32,000 nt of DNA from Xylanibacter ruminicola 23. Lineage in GTDB: Bacteria > Bacteroidota > Bacteroidia > Bacteroidales > Bacteroidaceae. The notes below the pieces were generated by a model that saw only the letters and a list, made by a program, of their open reading frames with translations, ran no database searches and was not told the DNA's origin. The stretch covers positions 330,001 to 362,000 of the forward strand of contig NC_014033.1 of the NCBI RefSeq assembly GCF_000025925.1, in the 5' to 3' direction. Positions 9,711-15,725 of the stretch are shown piece after piece; positions within the stretch are counted from its first letter, which is position 1, and each line of letters starts with the position of its first letter. A program made the translations under genes and the position numbers.

Positions 9711-9765
9711 GCCGGCAAATATAAACAAAAAATCCCAAAGCAGTGCTATTATGCTTTGGGATTTT
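9711..9765 (-). terminator. Terminator-promoter cassette, copy C (hairpin 9729-9765, U-tract, -7 box TATATTTG at 9716-9723)
   Basis: The minus strand reads AAAATCCCAAAGCA-loop-TGCTTTGGGATTTTTTGTTTATATTTGCCGGC. The stem is 14 bp. The last 28 nt are identical to copy B at 15751-15778. It lies between the beta-helix gene stop (9794) and the ZIP start (9707). Confidence 0.75.
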
Positions 9766-9793
9766 AATGATTATTGATAATTTGTTATGATAT

Positions 9794-11716
9794 TCACTGT
9801 GCAATACTGAGTTGCTTGCCGTTTACATACAGGCGGTGACCGTTTGACTTGATACATGATACATCGCCTGTGAATGAGGTGATGTGGGTATCGGCGGTGA
9901 GGTTCCAGGTGCAGCCGTCGCCCAGCGTTACATCTACCTTGCCTGTCTCGGTTGATACAGTGTCGCCTGCAGCATTGGTAATGTTACCGGCGATGCAGCC
10001 TGTAAATGATGAGCCATCAGAAAGAATCAGCGTGAGTTCAGAGTCGCTACCCACCAGGATGTTACCCTCCAACTGCTGGCTGTTGGCATTGAGTGCAGCC
10101 TTGTTAGCGGCTCCCTGCCATCCGTCGGCACATACCGAAAGGAGCACTTTCCCAGGGTCGTTGTTCGTCAGTTTAACGCCGTTCAAGGTGATGATGGCGT
10201 TGGTGTTTGTAACGTGGAAGAGATGACCCTGACTACTCGTTAATGTGCCACCATTCATGGTGAAATGCGAGTTGCCGCTGGCTGCGTCGCCCGAGAACGA
10301 TTGGAAAAGCATGATACCGTCGAGGAACTGGGCATGACTGTTGCGACGCGTGTTGCTAACAGAAACCTGGCAGTTGTTTAATGTAATACTGTTCTTACCC
10401 TCGATAACAGCGCCTTCTGACATCGTCGACGTAAGTACGGCATTGCTCACGGTAATATCAGCTGTAGAATAAATTACGGGCGATCCCTGACCACTACTGG
10501 TATAGCTACCACCCTCTACGGTAACCGTGCCGCCACCGCGGTCGCTACGTATCGGAGCCGACGAACGGCCACTGGTATTCACCGTCAGGTTCTTGGCCTT
10601 CATCACACCGCCGCCTGTGGTCATAATACCACCAGAGCCATTGCCGGTTGTGGTAATCTTGGTGTCCTCGATAATGACTGTGGTTCCGTCGCCCTCAGCA
10701 CCGTTTCGGCCGCCATTGCCACCGTATGAGAATACGCCGTTGGCACCCTTTGCACTACTGGTGATGGTACCGCCCTTGATGGTTGTGGTGCTGCCATCTT
10801 TTACCAGCAGCGCTGCGTTCACACCATAGAAACTGCAGTTATCGCCACCGTCGGAGTCGCCGGTCTTGCTGATGGTAGGTTGAGCGATGGTCACAGCCTC
10901 GTTGGTCGAGATCAGCAAGGCACTTTCGTCGGTAGTACTACTCTTATAGGCTTTGCTAGTTTCGGATGTTGCAGCTTTCAGAGTTGTTGCCCCCGTGTAC
11001 TTAATGTTCTTTTGCTGCGGTCCGTGACCACCAAAACCACCTGGAGGCATACCCATCTCGCTGTTAAAGCCGTTGCCGCCCAACAGAAACTCACGGATTC
11101 GGCGCTGCGAGTAGAACTGTGGCTTCAGTCGGAGATAGCCTTCGTACTGATCGTCGGATAGCAACTTGCGTAACTTCTTATCATATTTCAGTTGCTGCCT
11201 GTCGTAGTTGTAGCTGGCTTGCTGCTGACTGCCCTCACCAGGAGGCATACCGCCTCCAGGACCGCCCTGCATGCCGCCACCACCACCAGGGCCGCCCATG
11301 CCGCCGCCGAAACTACCGCCGCCGAAACTACCTCCGCCGAAGCCACCTCCGCCGAAGCCACCGCCTCCAGGGCCACCCATGCCGCCGCCAGGTGCGCCAC
11401 CACCCTGATTACCACCAGGGCGGCCTTGGCCCATAGGAGGTCGCTGACCTTTCATGTTATCCTGTTGTTCTCCCTCAATAAGCTTCTTGAACTTTTTGTT
11501 CAGTTTTGTCACCATCTTGGTTTGCTTCTCGTCTAACATCAGTTCTCTCACCATCCTTCTGGTCATCTGTTCCTGAGTTATTCGCTTCATTCGCTGTGGC
11601 CTCATAGCCATTTCGGGCATACCGTCTTTTGGCTGAGTCTCGTCTACACTCTGTGCCATTGCCCCTGCTGTCAGCATCAAGGCAACGGTCATCATTATTT
11701 GTCTCATCTGTTTCAT
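9794..11716 (-). CDS. Secreted chimeric protein: DUF4890/Spy-like LTxxQ domain split by a Gly-rich repeat, fused to a parallel beta-helix domain (Cthe_2159-like carbohydrate-binding fold, from memory)
   Basis: Signal peptide MKQMRQIMMTVALMLTAGAMA-QS. Two helical motifs: LMLDEKQTKMVTKLNKKFKKL and LLSDDQYEGYLRL. Gly tract GGGMGGPGGGGFGGGGFGGGSFGGGSFGGG. C-terminal roughly 400 aa of periodic G/T/S/N-rich rungs (GGTITSS.., TVIIEDTKITTTG, GGTVTVEGGSYTSSG, ITLNNCQVSVSN, ITLNGVKLTNN). Confidence 0.85.
   Translation of the reverse strand: MKQMRQIMMTVALMLTAGAMAQSVDETQPKDGMPEMAMRPQRMKRITQEQMTRRMVRELMLDEKQTKMVTKLNKKFKKLIEGEQQDNMKGQRPPMGQGRPGGNQGGGAPGGGMGGPGGGGFGGGGFGGGSFGGGSFGGGMGGPGGGGGMQGGPGGGMPPGEGSQQQASYNYDRQQLKYDKKLRKLLSDDQYEGYLRLKPQFYSQRRIREFLLGGNGFNSEMGMPPGGFGGHGPQQKNIKYTGATTLKAATSETSKAYKSSTTDESALLISTNEAVTIAQPTISKTGDSDGGDNCSFYGVNAALLVKDGSTTTIKGGTITSSAKGANGVFSYGGNGGRNGAEGDGTTVIIEDTKITTTGNGSGGIMTTGGGVMKAKNLTVNTSGRSSAPIRSDRGGGTVTVEGGSYTSSGQGSPVIYSTADITVSNAVLTSTMSEGAVIEGKNSITLNNCQVSVSNTRRNSHAQFLDGIMLFQSFSGDAASGNSHFTMNGGTLTSSQGHLFHVTNTNAIITLNGVKLTNNDPGKVLLSVCADGWQGAANKAALNANSQQLEGNILVGSDSELTLILSDGSSFTGCIAGNITNAAGDTVSTETGKVDVTLGDGCTWNLTADTHITSFTGDVSCIKSNGHRLYVNGKQLSIAQ
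11303..11362. repeat. Tandem 15-bp repeat x4 inside the Gly-rich coding tract
   Basis: GCCGCCGAAACTACC x2 (11303-11332), then TCCGCCGAAGCCACC x2 (11333-11362). In frame, 5 codons per unit, encoding GGGGF/GGGSF units on the minus strand. Confidence 0.9.
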
Positions 11717-11825
11717 ATCTATAAGCTTTTATAATTTTCGTGTTGCAAAAATAGCGTATCACCGTGACATTCAGAAATTTATTCAGTTAAGCGTCCGATT
11801 CATTCAGCGAACTGAGTGATTGATT
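11358..11825 (-). repeat. Duplicated segment R1, copy 1 (5' coding part + promoter region of the DUF4890-like gene)
   Basis: Aligns with 14442-14851 in the same orientation. The first ~155 nt differ at 2 positions by my hand alignment. The rest is clearly homologous but much more diverged, with a 27-codon indel. Homology ends in a conserved 18-mer at 11803-11820. Confidence 0.85.
11746..11753 (-). promoter_or_regulatory. -7 box TATTTTTG for the 9794-11716 gene
   Basis: Matches the Bacteroidetes TAnnTTTG consensus, about 30 nt upstream of the ATG at 11716. Confidence 0.55.
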
Positions 11826-11900
11826 ACCGAGTTTTAGGTATTGCGCACCTTATTTATTTGGCGTACCTTTGCACTCAGTAATCAAATATAAACAACAATG
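11826..11900 (+). repeat. Duplicated segment R2, left copy: half terminator + promoter (-7 box TACCTTTG 11864-11871) + 5'UTR + ATG
   Basis: 68/75 ungapped identity (hand count) to the reverse complement of 17265-17339, which is the methyltransferase promoter/leader. The first 29 nt are identical. Contains only the 3' arm (ATTGCGCACC) of the hairpin that is complete at 17316-17358. Confidence 0.85.
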
Positions 11901-12085
11901 CATGGGACTACGGTCGCAATGGTAAGGGTTTCTATAACACCTGGTTTGCCCCCGCATGGGCAGTGGCCTCGTTGTGGGAGCTCTATTCTCCAACTCGCAC
12001 AAAACTTTTTTTCTGATAGTTAGGTTAGTTAGTGGTTTTCTTTTAAAGAGGAGAGGGCGCAACCGTGATGGCTGCGCCCTCTTTG
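11880..12085 (+). other. Orphan transcription unit driven by the copied promoter: candidate sRNA, 39-codon ORF (11898-12017), or 3' remnant of a destroyed gene
   Basis: The -7 box at 11864-11871 is followed by about 200 nt ending in a GC-rich hairpin (12052-12082). The ATG at 11898 aligns with the methyltransferase start codon but the downstream sequence is unrelated. The +3 frame has no start codon but reads protein-like: WDYGRNGKGFYNTWFAPAWAVASLWELYSPTRTKLFF*. Confidence 0.3.
12052..12082 (+). terminator. GC-rich hairpin AGAGGGCGCA-N11-TGCGCCCTCT
   Basis: Perfect 10-bp stem. The T-tail is short (TCTTTGG), so termination efficiency is uncertain. Confidence 0.45.
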
Positions 12086-12150
12086 GTAGCGTATTCCGTA
12101 GAATGAATAATTTTTTGTGAATATTGCTTTGATTTTTAAGAAAATGTCTG

Positions 12151-12158
12151 TATATTTG
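12151..12158 (+). promoter_or_regulatory. -7 box TATATTTG for the PP2C gene
   Basis: Consensus TAnnTTTG, 27 nt upstream of the ATG at 12186. It lies inside the track's longer GTG-12117 ORF, which argues for the 12186 start. Confidence 0.55.
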
Positions 12159-12185
12159 CCGCAGAATAATCTAAAACATCAGCTT

Positions 12186-14258
12186 ATGAAAAAGCTTATC
12201 CTTCTTATTTTGATACTTGTGTCTGGTATGATTCCGACTTGGGCACAGTCAGCAGCTGCCGACGACATCGCTCAACTGCAGAAACAGATGTACCAGCTCT
12301 ACAATAAAAACGACGAGACGGCTTTCGTTGATATTACCAACAAACTGAAGGTAGCGGCCCAGAAGGCTGGCGACGAGCGCACCTTCTATAAGGCGTGGGC
12401 CAATCAGGCACTTTACTTTGCCAACCATCAGCAACGCAACAAGGGACAGCTCATCGCCAAGGATATGCAGCAGTATGCCCTGAACCACGACCATAAGTAC
12501 GGCATCTATACAGGTACACATGTGATGGGCACCATACAGAGCATGATGGGCGACTATCAGGAGGGTATACAGAACTTCAAGAAAGCCATCAGCTATCTGC
12601 ACGAGAATTTCCCCAAAGAGAGTGCGGCGGCCTCGTGGATAGAGCTGGCCAGAATCAGCCTTACCAACAGAAAAATACATCAGGCTATCCAAGATGCCGA
12701 ACAAGCCCTGAAGGAACCAAATATCAGTGCCATGCATAGGTTGAACGCATGGTCGGTAATCTGTCTGAGTAAGGTGGACACAGCTTTATATCACGTAAAG
12801 GATGCGGCTGAATATCAGAAGGAGTTTGACTACGTTTGGGGCGAGCGCGAGAAAGCCAAGAAGGCATACGGGCGAGATGATTCAAGTGGTCCCGTCATCG
12901 CAGTATGGCGAAAAATCAACGACCATCAGTACGACGAAGCCATCGCTCTCTGCAATAAATTGAGATCGCCACTCTTCAGAAATGACTTGCTCAGCCTTAT
13001 ACACAAACGCAAGGGTGATTACAGAAATGCTTACTTTACGCAGCAGAGATATTGGGAGTTGCGCGACTCTATAAATAGCAGACGTAACAACCACCTGCTG
13101 ATGGAGATGACCGCCACTATGGATCTGGGACGAGTGGAACTAGAGGCTAAGGAGTTGAAGTTGCGTAACCAGCAGATGCGACTCGATATGGCTGCCGAAG
13201 AGCTTGAGAACAAAAAGCTGGAGGAAGAGGCCCTGATGCTAAAACTAAAGAACCGTGACGCAGAACTGGCTAACGCTACTATGCAGCTGGAGAACGACAG
13301 ACTTGAAACCAACAACAAGAACCTGCAACTGAGCGAATACCTATCGAAGATGCATGCCCAAGAGGAGAAGGAGCACGCACATCATATACTTATAGCAGCT
13401 GGAGGAGCTATAGCGTTGTTAGTAATCTGCTTCCTCAGCTTCTACCTATACCGCCGTCAACTGTCAGCACGCCGACTGAAACATGCCTACCACCAGCTGG
13501 CGGTTGCCTACGACCAGCTTGAGGAAACCACCACCGCCAAGGAGCGCATTGAGAGCGAGTTGCGCATCGCTCGCGATATTCAGATGTCGATGGTGCCACA
13601 GGCTTTCCCTGAGCGTAGCGACCTGGATCTCTATGGACTGATGTCGCCTGCGAAGGAAGTGGGTGGCGACCTCTATAGCTTCGAAATCATCGACAATCAG
13701 CTATACTTCTGCCTTGGCGATGTAAGCGGCAAGGGCGTTCCTGCCTCACTCTTTATGGCACAGGCCATCCGCCTTTTCCGCGCTATGGCCAAGCAGCGGC
13801 GTAAACCCTGCGATATTGCCAACCGCCTGAACAATGAGCTGTCGGAGAACAACGATAACGGCATGTTCGTCACCATGTTTATAGGCGAAGCCGACCTCAC
13901 CACCGGCCATCTTTACTACTGCAATGCCGGACATAATCCTCCACTGCTCGATGGCGAGTTTATCGAAGTAGAATCGAATGCCCCCATCGGCCTGTGGCCT
14001 GAACTCGAATATGTAGGTGAAGAGATAGACAACATCAGGGGCAAAATGCTTTTTATCTATACTGACGGACTGAACGAGGCCGAAAACCAGGCACAGGAGC
14101 AGTATGGCGACGACCAGCTGCAACAGATGATGCAACAAATGAAATCAGATACTGCCAAGCAGGTTATCGAAGCCTTCAGCCAGTCGGTAGAGTCGCACCG
14201 CAACGGAATAGCACCTAATGACGACCTCACGATGCTCGCCATCAGATGTATCGTCTAA
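12186..14258 (+). CDS. Membrane-anchored TPR-like sensor + coiled coil + PP2C/SpoIIE-family serine phosphatase
   Basis: Signal peptide MKKLILLILILVSGMIPTWA-QS. About 300 aa helical-repeat region, then a coiled coil (LEAKELKLRNQQMRLDMAAEELENKKLEEEALMLKLKN...). TM segment ILIAAGGAIALLVICFLSFYLY. PP2C motifs VGGDLY, GDVSGKGVPASLFMA, NAGHNPP, YTDGLNEA, DDLTMLAI. Confidence 0.9.
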   Translation: MKKLILLILILVSGMIPTWAQSAAADDIAQLQKQMYQLYNKNDETAFVDITNKLKVAAQKAGDERTFYKAWANQALYFANHQQRNKGQLIAKDMQQYALNHDHKYGIYTGTHVMGTIQSMMGDYQEGIQNFKKAISYLHENFPKESAAASWIELARISLTNRKIHQAIQDAEQALKEPNISAMHRLNAWSVICLSKVDTALYHVKDAAEYQKEFDYVWGEREKAKKAYGRDDSSGPVIAVWRKINDHQYDEAIALCNKLRSPLFRNDLLSLIHKRKGDYRNAYFTQQRYWELRDSINSRRNNHLLMEMTATMDLGRVELEAKELKLRNQQMRLDMAAEELENKKLEEEALMLKLKNRDAELANATMQLENDRLETNNKNLQLSEYLSKMHAQEEKEHAHHILIAAGGAIALLVICFLSFYLYRRQLSARRLKHAYHQLAVAYDQLEETTTAKERIESELRIARDIQMSMVPQAFPERSDLDLYGLMSPAKEVGGDLYSFEIIDNQLYFCLGDVSGKGVPASLFMAQAIRLFRAMAKQRRKPCDIANRLNNELSENNDNGMFVTMFIGEADLTTGHLYYCNAGHNPPLLDGEFIEVESNAPIGLWPELEYVGEEIDNIRGKMLFIYTDGLNEAENQAQEQYGDDQLQQMMQQMKSDTAKQVIEAFSQSVESHRNGIAPNDDLTMLAIRCIV

Positions 14259-14356
14259 ACTCCCATGCACGAGGTAGCTCCCAGTGCCGTCACAATCGCA
14301 GTCGCGATGCTCGCAATCATCTGCACAATAAACTTCAATGTCTCCTTCTTACTCAT
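14255..14356 (-). CDS. 33-aa mini-ORF, smalltalk-like; essentially a lipoprotein signal peptide + 3 residues
   Basis: Hand translation: MSKKETLKFIVQMIASIATAIVTALGATSCMGV*. ATG at 14354-14356; TAG at 14255-14257, overlapping the PP2C stop codon. Too short for the ORF track. It has a charged n-region, a hydrophobic h-region and a lipobox-like ATSC. It resembles, from memory, the roughly 30-aa Bacteroidales smalltalk protein family. Confidence 0.5.
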   Translation of the reverse strand: MSKKETLKFIVQMIASIATAIVTALGATSCMGV

Positions 14357-14398
14357 AATGGTTAATGTTTAATGGTTCATGTTTCATGTTTAATGTGG
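14357..14398. repeat. Degenerate heptamer tandem repeat x6 in the spacer upstream of the mini-ORF
   Basis: Plus strand: AATGGTT AATGTTT AATGGTT CATGTTT CATGTTT AATGTGG. It is followed by the hairpin GGGGC-CTTTC-GCCCC at 14406-14420, 5 nt past the DUF4890-paralog stop. Confidence 0.8.
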
Positions 14399-14425
14399 TA
14401 GGGTAGGGGCCTTTCGCCCCGTTCC

Positions 14426-14746
14426 CTAATCGACTCCGTTACCACCGCCTCCAGGGCCACCCATGCCGCCACCAGGTGCGCCACCACCTTGATTACCACC
14501 AGGGCGGCCTTGGCCCATAGGAGGTCGCTGACCTTTCATGTTATCCTGTTGTTCTCCCTCAATAAGCTTCTTGAACTTTTTGTTCAGTTTTGTCACCTTC
14601 TTGGTTTGCTTCTCGTCTAACTTCTGTTCACTTACCATCTTCTTGGTCATCTGCTCCTGAGTTATTCGCTGCGGTCTCATTTGTGCCGTTGCCCCAGCAG
14701 TCAGTATCATGGCAAAAGCCATCATCATTAGTCTCATTTGTTTCAT
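14426..14746 (-). CDS. Truncated DUF4890/Spy-like periplasmic protein (paralog of the N-terminus of 9794-11716)
   Basis: Start at ATG 14744-14746: MKQMRLMMMAFAMILTAGATA-QMRPQRITQEQM... Carries the first LTxxQ-like helix and the start of the Gly tract, then ends ...GGPGGGGNGVD*. It lacks the second helix motif and the beta-helix. The track's longer start at 14821 would lie upstream of the -7 box. Confidence 0.72.
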   Translation of the reverse strand: MKQMRLMMMAFAMILTAGATAQMRPQRITQEQMTKKMVSEQKLDEKQTKKVTKLNKKFKKLIEGEQQDNMKGQRPPMGQGRPGGNQGGGAPGGGMGGPGGGGNGVD

Positions 14747-14851
14747 ATCTATAACCTTATTTAAATACTTGTACTGCAAAAGTAGCGTTTCTTTGTTGCA
14801 TCTGGAATTTTTTTCAATCAAGCCCTATATTCGTTCAGCGAACTGGGTGAT
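14442..14851 (-). repeat. Duplicated segment R1, copy 2
   Basis: See 11358-11825. The conserved distal 18-mer is at 14834-14851. Confidence 0.85.
14777..14784 (-). promoter_or_regulatory. -7 box TACTTTTG for the DUF4890 paralog / mini-ORF unit
   Basis: Consensus TAnnTTTG, 30 nt upstream of the ATG at 14746. Confidence 0.55.
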
Positions 14852-14865
14852 AACACAATAAATCA

Positions 14866-14915
14866 TAAATCCCAAGGCCAAATGGTATGGCTTTGGGATT
14901 TTTTTCTTATATTTG
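14866..14915 (+). terminator. Terminator-promoter cassette, copy A (hairpin 14867-14901, T-run, -7 box TATATTTG 14908-14915)
   Basis: AAATCCCAAGGCC-AAATGGTAT-GGCTTTGGGATTT: a 13-bp stem including one G-U pair, followed by a run of T. 39 nt are identical to copy B. It sits in a divergent intergenic region where no plus-strand gene ends immediately upstream. Confidence 0.75.
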
Positions 14916-14954
14916 CGAAGATTTATTACTAACCCAAACAAAACAAGTACGATT

Positions 14955-15701
14955 ATGGAGATTAAAGCAATTCGCATGTTCGATGGCGGTTTTATGAACC
15001 AGCAGTTTGCCTTTGGCGGTGAAGGTAAGGAAGGTACAGACGAACAGATTATCTACCGCAGCAGTTTGCAGAACTTCTTGATTGACACTGGAAACGAGGT
15101 GATTTTGGTTGACACTGGATTCCAGAACGATTTTAAGGCACCCGAGAAGAAACTGGGCGCGCCACTCTATATGGGCGAGAAAGTGAAGGATTATATGGAG
15201 GCCTTTGCCGAGTTGGGCTACAAGCCTGAGCAGGTAACGAAGATTCTTATCACGCACAAGCATCCCGACCACTCGGCTGCCATCCAGTATTTCCCCAATG
15301 CCAAGGTGTATATTTCGCCCGAGGATGCCGACGCCATGAAACTGCCAGAAGGTGGAAACATCATCCGTTCGGAATACAAGGAATCGTTCAAGAACTTCCC
15401 ACGAGCCGAAAAAGTGGCCGATGGCATTTGGTTTATCGAGGCCAAGGGGCACACCAAGGGCAACAGCATTATCATTGCTGAGAACGATGGACTTTATTAT
15501 ATGATGCACGGCGACGTGACTTATTGCGATGCAGCCTTGAAAGCCAATAAGCTAAGTATCGTGTTCGAGGATATCGAGGCTGCCCGCATCACACTCGATC
15601 GTGTACGCGAGTTTATCCAGCAGAATCCCACCGTTTATCTCTCAACCCACTGTCCCGAGGGCTACGAGAATCTTGAGATGAAACGGGTAATGACGCTGTA
15701 A
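14955..15701 (+). CDS. MBL-fold metallo-hydrolase
   Basis: HxHxDH motif ITHKHPDHSAA, with downstream His/Asp positions (GHTKGN, MMHGD). ATG at 14955 is 39 nt after the -7 box. The track's upstream extension (14913) starts inside the promoter box. Confidence 0.88.
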   Translation: MEIKAIRMFDGGFMNQQFAFGGEGKEGTDEQIIYRSSLQNFLIDTGNEVILVDTGFQNDFKAPEKKLGAPLYMGEKVKDYMEAFAELGYKPEQVTKILITHKHPDHSAAIQYFPNAKVYISPEDADAMKLPEGGNIIRSEYKESFKNFPRAEKVADGIWFIEAKGHTKGNSIIIAENDGLYYMMHGDVTYCDAALKANKLSIVFEDIEAARITLDRVREFIQQNPTVYLSTHCPEGYENLEMKRVMTL

Positions 15702-15725
15702 TTAGAGACAGAATTCAACAAAAGT

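Noticed and set aside
9085-9777. 230-aa plus-strand ORF
   Set aside because: It is antisense to the ZIP transporter gene and runs through the terminator-promoter cassette. It has no start context.
11119-11536. Ala/Arg/His/Thr-rich ORFs on both strands over the Gly-rich tract
   Set aside because: They are low-complexity alternate-frame translations of the GGN-repeat coding region of the 9794-11716 gene.
11850-12062. 70-aa minus-strand ORF, and a possible cobalamin riboswitch (the minus strand contains GCCACTGCCC and CGGGGGCAAACC)
   Set aside because: The ORF has no promoter or start context and spans a plus-strand promoter and hairpin. For the riboswitch, only a short B12-box-like string is present. 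The other conserved cobalamin-element segments are absent, and no B12-related gene follows on that strand.
12117-12185. Longer N-terminal extensions offered by the track: 12117 for PP2C, 9728 for ZIP, 23580 for the kinase, 14821 for the DUF4890 paralog, 14913 for MBL, 3721 for the HEXXH paralog
   Set aside because: In each case an internal ATG immediately precedes a canonical signal peptide. In addition, the extension either contains the TAnnTTTG -7 box or overlaps the upstream gene.
14907-15509. 200-aa minus-strand ORF
   Set aside because: It is antisense to the MBL-fold gene, which carries the HxHxDH motif.
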